Below are positions 20,059-28,556 of a stretch of 64,000 nucleotides of DNA, piece by piece. The notes beneath the pieces were generated by a model. It did not search any database and was not told the origin of the DNA. It was given only the letters and a program-made list of their open reading frames with translations. Origin of the DNA: Gammaproteobacteria bacterium (lineage in GTDB: Bacteria; Pseudomonadota; Gammaproteobacteria; DSM-16500); contig JABDBD010000004.1 in assembly GCA_013288815.1 (NCBI GenBank), positions 18,404-82,403 on the forward strand, written 5' to 3'. Position numbers and translations under genes: made by a program. Position 1 is the first letter of the stretch, and each line of letters begins with the position of its first letter.

Positions 20059-20796
20059 ATGTTAATACCAAATCTAAAAGTAAAATTATTTGCAGATGGT
20101 GCGGATAAAAAAGGAATGTTTGAGATGAATCAGCATTCCTTGATTAGCGGGTTTACAACCAACCCTACCTTAATGAAAAAGGCGGGTATCACAAATTACA
20201 AAGCATTCGCTCAAGAAATAGTACAGATGATTCCTGACAAACCCATCTCATTTGAGGTTTTCTCGGATAACTTTTATGAAATGCATGATCAAGCATTAGA
20301 AATTTCCAGCTGGGGCGAAAATGTTTACGTTAAAATTCCAGTGACGAATACAAAAGCAGAATCCTCCTTAAGGTTGATTCGGCAGCTAGCTAAAGCGGGC
20401 GTTAAACAGAATGTCACAGCGTTGATGACCTTAGGCCAAGTTCGGGATGTCAGCATGGCATTGGCCGAAGGGCCTTCAGCATACATATCCGTGTTTGCGG
20501 GGCGTATCGCAGATACGGGCCGAGATCCCATTCCGGTCATGGCAGCAGCAATTGAAATGCTGAGGCCTTATCCACAACTTGAGCTCATATGGGCGAGTAC
20601 TCGCGAACTTTTGAACATATTTCAAGCGAATGAAATTGGCTGTCATATTATTACTGTGCCCAATGATTTGCTCAATAAATTTGGCAATATCGGTAAAGAT
20701 CTGCACGAGTTTTCATTAGAAACAGTCAATATGTTTTATCAGGATGCGGTTAGTGCTGGGTTTTCTTTGGACATTCCTGTGTCGGCTGAGAATTAA
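20059..20796 (+). CDS. short transaldolase/FSA-family enzyme (LmbR-like candidate)
   Basis: GFTTNPTL, VYVKIP Schiff-base Lys, NVTA, SVFAGRIADTG. Confidence 0.88.
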   Translation: MLIPNLKVKLFADGADKKGMFEMNQHSLISGFTTNPTLMKKAGITNYKAFAQEIVQMIPDKPISFEVFSDNFYEMHDQALEISSWGENVYVKIPVTNTKAESSLRLIRQLAKAGVKQNVTALMTLGQVRDVSMALAEGPSAYISVFAGRIADTGRDPIPVMAAAIEMLRPYPQLELIWASTRELLNIFQANEIGCHIITVPNDLLNKFGNIGKDLHEFSLETVNMFYQDAVSAGFSLDIPVSAEN

Positions 20797-20895
20797 ATAT
20801 TTGTCTGTACACGTACCAAAGTTTGTTTAACCAAGGTATTATAGTAGATGGCGATTGTATAGAATATTCCGGAAAATTACACCATTTGCAAGTTA

Positions 20896-21102
20896 GATGT
20901 GTGTCACCCCGCAAAATTTTCGTCCACTTAATTTTGAGAAAAACGCAGAAAATACACGAAAATTTGTGCGGGGCCTGGATTGCAGCATTGAGAGGAACAC
21001 TGTTTCTTTCAAAATTTGCACCAGGCCCCGCACAAAAACGCGAATGAGGTTCTGTTTTCTTACATAATTTGAGAGCGCGTTTTTTGCGGGGTGACACCCA
21101 TC
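20896..21102. mobile_element. 207 bp MITE-like element with nested inverted repeats
   Basis: 20/21 terminal IR GATG(T/G)GTGTCACCCCGCAAAA; 16/16 inner IR TTTGTGCGGGGCCTGG / CCAGGCCCCGCACAAA. Confidence 0.75.
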
Positions 21103-21150
21103 GAGTGATTAGAAATGTATGCAATTTTCAATGCGATTGGAGTGAAGCAT

Positions 21151-21393
21151 ATGTTAGTGGGCGTAGTAGAAGTAAAACTTTTAAGTGAGTATAAGCTCTT
21201 TCTGCGATTTGAAGATGGGAGAAGCGGTGAGGTTGATATTTCACAAATAATACCATTTAAAGGTATTTTTGCTAAACTTGCTGATAAGGATTTCTTTTCT
21301 AGAGTCAAAGTTAATCCCGATGTTGGAACCATATGCTGGGAAAATGGTGCAGATATTTCACCCTGCACGCTTTATAAAATGCTTGCGCATTGA
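21151..21393 (+). CDS. DUF2442-family putative antitoxin (orphan)
   Basis: YKLFLRFEDGRSGEVD...FFSRVKVN...GTICWENGADISPCTLY; GGAG RBS before ATG 21151. Confidence 0.82.
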   Translation: MLVGVVEVKLLSEYKLFLRFEDGRSGEVDISQIIPFKGIFAKLADKDFFSRVKVNPDVGTICWENGADISPCTLYKMLAH

Positions 21394-21483
21394 TAATCGT
21401 ATTATCTTGTCCAATCCAATCTGACCAAACACGCTAACTTATTTTTTTTTGTATTTGTAAGAACCCCACAACTCGGAGAGTGA

Positions 21484-24444
21484 ATGAAAATATTTTTACC
21501 CATGTTTGATTTATACGCGACAGAAGGTGGCGGACAAACAATTTATCAGCAAATTATTCAGAATAAAAAAGATTGTACGTTTTATTATCTTAGGTTAGAT
21601 GAAAAAAAGCATGTCATTAAACCTGACAACGTGATTGCTATTCCCTTTCATTATTTCTACGCCCATGTGTCAATCCCTGGGATGCCTGGCTATATTTACG
21701 AAAAATTTCATGATGCCATGGATATGGCTAAGTCAGTTCAGCTGCATTCACCAGGAATTTATTTTGATTACATCGATACGCCTGATTACAATCAAAATGG
21801 GATTTTCATTGGTCAAGCACTACAACAGCACGGTATTTGTTATGGAAGCTTGGTATTAGCGATGCATGGAGCTCTCTCCACATCGTTTAAATATAATTGG
21901 CCTTCAATCCTCGTCAAAAAAAATAGGATCTTGGCCAAGCTGCGGCATTTAGAAAATCTTCAATACCAAACCGTTGATCATCGCTATGCGATTAGCATTG
22001 AATATGCAAACCAGTGGGACAAAAAATATAAAGGCTTGTCATGCACTATCGTCGATCCATTAGTTTTTCTTGAGAGACCGCGACATTTTGAAACATTTTC
22101 TAAAAACGAAAAGATCGATATTTATTGTGTCTGTCGGAAAGAAAGAAGAAAAGGCCCTGATATTTTTATCGATTTGATGTGGTTTCTAAATAAAGATAGT
22201 TACAACAAAGCCTATATCATTGGTGATGAAGACAACTGTGGAAGAGGGTCAAAAGCTCATCTTGAGCAAATGGCAACGTTGCGTGATGTGTCTATTATTA
22301 ATTTACCTTCATTGAAGCGTGATGAGTTAATGCAGTATTTTAATCGTAAAGCTATTAATGTGGTTTCTTCACGATATGAATCACTGAGTTTGAGTGCGCT
22401 TGAGTCGTTGCTGCATGGATGTCCCACTTTAATTAGTCGTCAATGCGGTGTGACTACGTATTTAAAAACATTTCATCCAAATATTCCTTTTTATGAAATA
22501 GACAATACATGCGCGCGTGAAGGTGCTGCGATGATCAATCATATCATTCAAAATTACGATGAAGAGCGTATTAAGCTAATTCATGCAATTCATTCATTAC
22601 CTGCCATCAACAAAGAACATGAATTAAAAAATATTTATGTAGACACGAACGTATTTAATAAAAATGCTCGAGATCGTGTGGATGATTTATTCTTAACTTG
22701 TTTTGCTATTCAAAATAATAAATCAAATAGCAAAATCATTCAATTAGTTAAGAACACAAAATTACGCTCTCTAGTACGTGAAATACTTGGAAATAAATTC
22801 AAAAAACTACAAAAATTAAAATGGATTTTAAAAAGTACCTCGTTAAAGGATTTAAAAAATGAATACCTGTTGAAAGTGATAGCGAAGCTTATTTTAGTTG
22901 AGCCAAGGTCATTTGCTCAGTGGTGTTTTGCGATGAATGCTAATGGAATTAAAAGACGATTACAGAAAACTCTTCCTGAGAAAACAAAGGAAGAGATTCA
23001 ATTTAAAATTCAACAATTTCAAAATCTAGTTTCTAAAAGATATGTTGATCGATCCAATTTATATAATGAATTGGCTACTCTAGAAGAAAAGCGCAATAAC
23101 CCGCTGATTTCTGCTGTCTATCAATCCAGAATTATGCGATGGCAAGGAAGAAAGAATTTTTTTGTTTTGGATCGTGCTGCAGATATTTTAAAGCAAGGTG
23201 GTTACCAAGCTGAGGCAGATGTATTGCCAGTGATATACGGTAAAAACACGTCGTTAGAATTGCAGAAAGCTTACTTACAAAAAAAACTGGAAGAAAACTT
23301 AAGTAAAAAAGATTTACCTTTTGAGTTGATAGACGATAGGCGTACTCGATTGTATTATAAAGTTTCGGTCATTATATCGTTATATTCAGCTGCCAATAAA
23401 ATGTTAACGTTTATAAAAATGATTACCCAACAAACTATTTATCCTCAAGGTACGATGGAAATCATTTTTGTGGATAGCGGTTCGCCAACCAATGAGTATG
23501 AGATTTTTAAGCAATGCAGCGATGTATTGCATGATGTGATTTATGTCAGGAGTCAAAATAGAGAAACAATTCAATGCGCTTGGAATCGAGGTATCAAACT
23601 TGCGCGTGGTGAATATGTTAATTTTATAGCGGCTGATGAGGGTTTACATCCAGATTGTTTAGAGATACTTGTCAATGAGTTAGATAAAAATGCTGACGTC
23701 GACTGGGTGATGGGTAATGCATTTGTCGCTGAAATTGACAAAAAAGGCCAGTTATATAGTGACATCATGCCCTATAATAGAAATGGCGGCAAGTATCATT
23801 CTCATCTTCTTGATTGCACTTATATCAATTATACACCGGGTTTATATCGAAAAAGTGTCCATGAAAAATATGGATATTATGACGAAACATTTTCTGCGGC
23901 AGGTGATACAGAATTTAAAAATCGAGTTCTTCCTTTTATTAATATCAAATTTATTCCTCGTGTGTTGGGCTCGTTTAATAATTACCAGGAAGTGCGTACG
24001 ACTGCGCATCCGCGTGCGGAAATCGAAGATACTCGTGCTTGGTATTTGTTTCGGACGCCTGGCGGAGTTGCCTATATATTTCAAAATAAGAGCGAAGCAG
24101 ATTTGATTGATTTGTTAAAGGATACACTTGGCTATCGCAAAGCATTCTGTGGTCATTTGAGCACGGATATTGAGCTTGGCTTAAGTGTCTGTACGTATTT
24201 GTATGCACTGACTAGAAATAACAAATATAAAATATTGGAAAACTTTTACAAGATGTTGATCGAAGCTTGCAAAAGCATAGAAATGTTTAACAGCAAAATT
24301 CCGTTTAGAACGATGGTGTTGGAATCTAAACATTTTAATCGGATTAAAAAAGAAATTGCGAAGATGTTAGAGGTTGATGTGCTGCCAAAGATTTCTATAT
24401 TTCATGATAATCGATATGAGCAGCATTGGTGGCCTTGGGGTTGA
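21484..24444 (+). CDS. large two-domain glycosyltransferase (N-terminal GT-B/GT4-like, C-terminal GT2)
   Basis: GGGQT, RKERRKGPD, SRYESLSLSALES (GT4-like); VSVIISLY, VDSGS, AWNRG, AADE (GT2). Confidence 0.78.
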   Translation: MKIFLPMFDLYATEGGGQTIYQQIIQNKKDCTFYYLRLDEKKHVIKPDNVIAIPFHYFYAHVSIPGMPGYIYEKFHDAMDMAKSVQLHSPGIYFDYIDTPDYNQNGIFIGQALQQHGICYGSLVLAMHGALSTSFKYNWPSILVKKNRILAKLRHLENLQYQTVDHRYAISIEYANQWDKKYKGLSCTIVDPLVFLERPRHFETFSKNEKIDIYCVCRKERRKGPDIFIDLMWFLNKDSYNKAYIIGDEDNCGRGSKAHLEQMATLRDVSIINLPSLKRDELMQYFNRKAINVVSSRYESLSLSALESLLHGCPTLISRQCGVTTYLKTFHPNIPFYEIDNTCAREGAAMINHIIQNYDEERIKLIHAIHSLPAINKEHELKNIYVDTNVFNKNARDRVDDLFLTCFAIQNNKSNSKIIQLVKNTKLRSLVREILGNKFKKLQKLKWILKSTSLKDLKNEYLLKVIAKLILVEPRSFAQWCFAMNANGIKRRLQKTLPEKTKEEIQFKIQQFQNLVSKRYVDRSNLYNELATLEEKRNNPLISAVYQSRIMRWQGRKNFFVLDRAADILKQGGYQAEADVLPVIYGKNTSLELQKAYLQKKLEENLSKKDLPFELIDDRRTRLYYKVSVIISLYSAANKMLTFIKMITQQTIYPQGTMEIIFVDSGSPTNEYEIFKQCSDVLHDVIYVRSQNRETIQCAWNRGIKLARGEYVNFIAADEGLHPDCLEILVNELDKNADVDWVMGNAFVAEIDKKGQLYSDIMPYNRNGGKYHSHLLDCTYINYTPGLYRKSVHEKYGYYDETFSAAGDTEFKNRVLPFINIKFIPRVLGSFNNYQEVRTTAHPRAEIEDTRAWYLFRTPGGVAYIFQNKSEADLIDLLKDTLGYRKAFCGHLSTDIELGLSVCTYLYALTRNNKYKILENFYKMLIEACKSIEMFNSKIPFRTMVLESKHFNRIKKEIAKMLEVDVLPKISIFHDNRYEQHWWPWG

Positions 24445-24479
24445 GTGATAGCCGCATAATTTCTATCGAGATTTTTTAC

Positions 24480-24586
24480 TTCTCCCCTTGTGGGAGAAGT
24501 CGCCCGAAGGGCGGATGAGGGGTGTTTTTGGCTTAAAATCACCCCTCACCCGTCGCTTCGCGCCGACCTCTCCCACAAGGGGAGAG
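24480..24586. repeat. REP/RIME-like inverted doublet
   Basis: TCTCCCCTTGTGGGAGAAGTCGCCCGAAGGGCGGATGAGGGGTG ... CACCCCTCACCCGTCGCTTCGCGCCGACCTCTCCCACAAGGGGAGA; GC-rich, intergenic. Confidence 0.8.
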
Positions 24587-24685
24587 TTAAAATAGATATT
24601 CAAAATATGCGTCGATCTCTCAGGCTTTGGGGTGCTGAGTTGTCTTTAACAAAGAGATATAACGTAGATTTATAGGAGAATAATA

Positions 24686-25891
24686 ATGAACTGCAGAAAC
24701 TGCCATGGTGAAAACTTAGAATTAGTGATTGACTTAGGAATGCAGCCGTGGGGAAATAATTTTTTACCAATTTCTGTCAATCAAACAGTACCTCTTTATC
24801 CTCTGCAATCATTTTTTTGTCATGGCTGCACAATGATGCAGTTGGGATACACTGTGCCAAAAGAAACAATGTTTGTAGATCATAATTATGTTTCTGGGAC
24901 TACTCATTCGTTAAGAGTTCATTTTAAAAAACTCTGTGAGGATATGTTGAAGAAAATAAAATTTCAAGATACAGATTATGTTCTGGATATTGGTGGAAAT
25001 GATGGAACGTTTCTCGCGCAATTTGAAAATAAAGTGAAAGTATTAAATGTTGATTCGGGTGTAAAACAAGCTGAGATATCAAATTCGAATGGAATAGAAT
25101 GCATTAATCAATTTTTTAATTTAAAGACGGCTCAACAAATCTTATCGACACGAGGGCATGCGAAAGCAATTCATGGGTCAGGAGTATTTTTTCATCTGGA
25201 AGAGTTGCATTCTGTCTTTGAAGGCATTGAATTGTTGTTAGCAAAAGATGGTGTGTTGGTTGCTGAATTTATTTATCTTCCTGATATGGTGCGCAATGGT
25301 GCATACGATCAAATTTATCATGAGCATCTTTTATATTATACTTTGCATTCCTTCAGTAAGTTATTAGCTAAGCATCATCTTGAAATTCATGATGCTGAGT
25401 TATTACCTATTCATGGTGGAAGTTGTATTGCTTACATATCGCATCAGGGCGAACAAAAACAAACGGAACGATTAAAAGACTTGTTGGCAATCGAAGAAAA
25501 TGAAGGATTTAATACAGCTGATTGTTATAAGCAATTTGCAAAGCGAATTACGGGTATGCGAAATGATTTGGTCGCAATCATTCGGGATCTAAAAAATCAA
25601 GGTAAATCCATTCAAGCCTTAGGTGCCCCTGTTAAAGGTTCGACGATTATTAATTACTGTCAATTATCACATAACGAATTAGATTGCGCTGTTGAAGTGA
25701 ATCGTTTGAAGTGTGAAACGTATTTCCCCGGGACGAAAATTCCAGTCTACCATCAAGATGAAGTTGAAAAACCCGATGCTTATCTATTGTTGTCTTGGAA
25801 TTTTAAAGATGAAATTCTTTCTAAGTTAAACGATTTTCGCGCCAACGGCGGAAAAATTATTTCTCCGCTTCCTCAACCAGAATTAATTTAA
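24686..25891 (+). CDS. SAM-dependent NDP-hexose C-methyltransferase (TylCIII/NovU-type)
   Basis: N-terminal CxxC...LGMQPWGN...CxxC zinc site, DIGGNDG, YDQIYHEH, HGGS, GAPVKG, LLSWNF. Confidence 0.88.
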   Translation: MNCRNCHGENLELVIDLGMQPWGNNFLPISVNQTVPLYPLQSFFCHGCTMMQLGYTVPKETMFVDHNYVSGTTHSLRVHFKKLCEDMLKKIKFQDTDYVLDIGGNDGTFLAQFENKVKVLNVDSGVKQAEISNSNGIECINQFFNLKTAQQILSTRGHAKAIHGSGVFFHLEELHSVFEGIELLLAKDGVLVAEFIYLPDMVRNGAYDQIYHEHLLYYTLHSFSKLLAKHHLEIHDAELLPIHGGSCIAYISHQGEQKQTERLKDLLAIEENEGFNTADCYKQFAKRITGMRNDLVAIIRDLKNQGKSIQALGAPVKGSTIINYCQLSHNELDCAVEVNRLKCETYFPGTKIPVYHQDEVEKPDAYLLLSWNFKDEILSKLNDFRANGGKIISPLPQPELI

Positions 25892-25904
25892 TTGTGAGTG
25901 TGTT

Positions 25905-26843
25905 ATGAAAATATTAGTTACCGGTGCGACAGGATTTTTGGGATGTCATTTAGTAAAGCATTTAACACGTGCCAATCACGATGTCATTGGGCTGGGATCA
26001 AAAGACGCTAATTTATTAAACCCTGATGCGTTAAATAAATTCTCTGCAGAAAAATTCGATAGCATTTTTCATTTGGCGGCTTGGACGCAGGCAGGTGATT
26101 TTTGTTTAATACATCCTGGAGAACAATGGCTTATTAATCAGCAAATGAATACTACCGTGTTAAACTGGTGGCATCAACATCAACCGCAAGCCAAAATGAT
26201 TTCCATGGGTACTAGCTGCGCTTACGAAGAGGGGATTCATTTAAGTGAAGAAAAATACTTAGAAGGCTCTCCTATTAAAGATTTGTATTCATATGCAATG
26301 ACAAAACGCATGCTGCATATTGGCCAAGTCATGTTGAATAGACAATTTGGTTTAAACTATTTAACGATAGTACCATCAACGTTGTACGGCCCTGAGTATC
26401 ACCTAGGTACCAAACAAATGCATTTTATCTTTGATTTAGCATGGAAGATTTTAGATTTCAAATATTTTAAAAAGCCGGTCGTGTTGTGGGGCGATGGTCA
26501 GCAACGGCGTGAGTTAGTATTTGTCGATGATTTTATTTCGACTTTATTGCAATTAGATAACATTTCTCAAAACGATATTGTGAATATTGGAGCAGGTGAG
26601 GATTACACTATCCAAGAATTTGCAGAAGCAATTTGCCGCTGCGTCAATGTCGATAGTCGTTGTTTGCAGTATGATACGAGTAAATACGTGGGTGCGAAGT
26701 CAAAAATGCTATCCATTACAAAATTAGATGCCTTACTGCCGTATCGAGCAAAAACATCATTATTTGATGGGCTATCAAAGACGCTGCTATGGTTAGAAAA
26801 GCAGTTTTTGGTGATGAGTGAGCCTGCTGCCTTTGCTAAATAA
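25905..26843 (+). CDS. GDP-fucose-synthase-like NDP-4-keto-sugar epimerase/reductase
   Basis: GATGFLG, GTSCAY, YAMTKR, LWGDGQQRRE. Confidence 0.78.
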   Translation: MKILVTGATGFLGCHLVKHLTRANHDVIGLGSKDANLLNPDALNKFSAEKFDSIFHLAAWTQAGDFCLIHPGEQWLINQQMNTTVLNWWHQHQPQAKMISMGTSCAYEEGIHLSEEKYLEGSPIKDLYSYAMTKRMLHIGQVMLNRQFGLNYLTIVPSTLYGPEYHLGTKQMHFIFDLAWKILDFKYFKKPVVLWGDGQQRRELVFVDDFISTLLQLDNISQNDIVNIGAGEDYTIQEFAEAICRCVNVDSRCLQYDTSKYVGAKSKMLSITKLDALLPYRAKTSLFDGLSKTLLWLEKQFLVMSEPAAFAK

Positions 26844-26849
26844 CTGAGG

Positions 26850-27146
26850 TTATATAATGTCTGTGAAATGTCCAGCAGCATATTCATGTAATACGCTGGC
26901 GATAAAGGTTTGATAAGGTAACCCCTTATACGCGGCTTTTTGTTTTAGGCGATCTAAATCAATGCTCGAAAGACGAAGCGTTACTCGTTCATCTTTGCGA
27001 AGAGAGTTTGCAGCTGCTTCTCTGGCAAATGCTAGTTCATCTTTAGCGTTCTCTACCGTCTTCCACTCGCCACGCTCAACAGATTCCAAGAGGTCTTGTT
27101 CTTCACTATCAAGCTTCACATTAAAAACATCTCGTTTTTTCTTCAT
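26850..27146 (-). CDS. CopG/BrnA-type ribbon-helix-helix antitoxin (orphan)
   Basis: LDSEEQDLLESVERGEW...KDERVTLRLS..DLDRLKQKAAYKGLPYQTFIASVLH. Confidence 0.85.
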   Translation of the reverse strand: MKKKRDVFNVKLDSEEQDLLESVERGEWKTVENAKDELAFAREAAANSLRKDERVTLRLSSIDLDRLKQKAAYKGLPYQTFIASVLHEYAAGHFTDII

Positions 27147-27199
27147 TAATCACCTCTCTTGCCTAAATACTTTTTAGAATGTGTTTTTTCTATTTTCAT
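27146..27199 (-). pseudogene. internally deleted BrnT-like toxin remnant (17 aa)
   Basis: MKIEKTHSKKYLGKRGD*; TAA overlaps the antitoxin ATG (TAATG); resembles fused start and end of a toxin gene. Confidence 0.55.
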
Positions 27200-27207
27200 A
27201 TACTATA

Positions 27208-27236
27208 AATATATAACAATGTGCGACTTTTGCCAA
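27208..27236 (-). promoter_or_regulatory. putative sigma70 promoter of the TA locus
   Basis: TTGGCA-N17-TATATT on the minus strand just upstream of the mini-ORF. Confidence 0.4.
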
Positions 27237-27273
27237 CAGGTGTAACTAATTTTACAGCTAGGCGAAGTTATAT

Positions 27274-28506
27274 TTACATAATACAACAAGCATGACTTTT
27301 TGGATCTTCTTGAGGCGCTGTCTTCCAGGTGCTTTCAGTTAAATACCCTGTGACGATTTGATTTACGTCTTTATACAAATGTGCATCTTGATCTAAACAC
27401 TGTGTTACGTCTTTGCGATAATTTAATATTTCTTTTAGATTCAAGACGAGGAGCTTGTTAGATGTCATTGTATTACTATTTGCATGAACACAGACGCGGC
27501 CGCTGTCATCTACAGCGACATGCCACGGTTCATATTTTCCTAAATCTACTGTTTTCATTATCCGTGTTTTCATATTAAATAAAAAAAGTTTATAGCCTAA
27601 TGACATAATTAATAAATGTTCGCTATCAGGAAGCGGATATACGTAACTTGTCCAAAATCCACGTTTACAACTACCATCTTCACACTGAATGTCCTTGTCC
27701 CACCAGCTCCATTTATCTACGCAACGTGTCCCTTCCCATACTTGAAAATAATCGTATACAGCCGAATGATAAGTGAGTAGGCGACCATCTGGTAAAGGGA
27801 CGAAGTTTTTAGAGCAATAATCTGAATCGCGAGCATGCTCTGGAGTTATCATCTCAATTTGTTTGAATTCAACCTCTGCCTCGGGTGTTCTTTCAAATAA
27901 CATCATTTTGTAATCGTAATGGCGACCGCTGATTTGACATGCAAATATCTTATTATGCAATTTAGCTAGAGGAGCACAAATAGATTCTCCATCTTGTACA
28001 ATGATTGGCAAGCTTACTTTTTGATTATATTTTTTTTGTTGCAGATCGTGTGTCAACAGAATATATTTGTTATCGTTATTGGCGCCTTTATCATTGCATT
28101 TTGAAATCGTTATAAATTTCTGATTATCTAAACACATGCCTCCACGACAATCTAAACGCATATCCTCGCGTGGTATCTCGCTTATCTTTTCTAAAGTATG
28201 CGCATTTAAAATTAATGTGTTGGAATAATCGTTAACAAGAATGAATTCTGTCGGAGATATCGAAAGAACAAAGCGATGACTATATTTCAGATCTGGGTAT
28301 TTACATTCTGCCAATGCTTTTCCTTTGATAGGATCAATCAGCAAAAGATGCATAGAGTCATCCTGGTTAGCTTGTTTATCTTTAGGTCCTATTAGAAGCA
28401 CATTACCATTGGACAAATAGTACGATCGACTAGATCCTAAGCTGTAATCACAATTTGTTTTATAAAAAATAATAGGGTTGGTTTTACGATTCGTTCTGAA
28501 AAACAT
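27274..28506 (-). CDS. hypothetical effector-like protein: beta-rich/propeller-like body, F-box-like motif, C-terminal CaaX (CCIM)
   Basis: Repeated short beta-strand patterns (LPDGRLLTY, LPDSEHLLI); HLYKDVNQIVTGYL; ends HACCIM*. Confidence 0.65.
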   Translation of the reverse strand: MFFRTNRKTNPIIFYKTNCDYSLGSSRSYYLSNGNVLLIGPKDKQANQDDSMHLLLIDPIKGKALAECKYPDLKYSHRFVLSISPTEFILVNDYSNTLILNAHTLEKISEIPREDMRLDCRGGMCLDNQKFITISKCNDKGANNDNKYILLTHDLQQKKYNQKVSLPIIVQDGESICAPLAKLHNKIFACQISGRHYDYKMMLFERTPEAEVEFKQIEMITPEHARDSDYCSKNFVPLPDGRLLTYHSAVYDYFQVWEGTRCVDKWSWWDKDIQCEDGSCKRGFWTSYVYPLPDSEHLLIMSLGYKLFLFNMKTRIMKTVDLGKYEPWHVAVDDSGRVCVHANSNTMTSNKLLVLNLKEILNYRKDVTQCLDQDAHLYKDVNQIVTGYLTESTWKTAPQEDPKSHACCIM

Positions 28507-28556
28507 ATATTGCCTGCTTTTTGAAAGTTAGATGAATAAAAATAGCAAGTGACTAG

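Noticed and set aside
20750-21124. ORFs of 124 aa (-) and 74 aa (+) across the four-arm element
   Set aside because: They read through a palindromic insertion and show no protein motif
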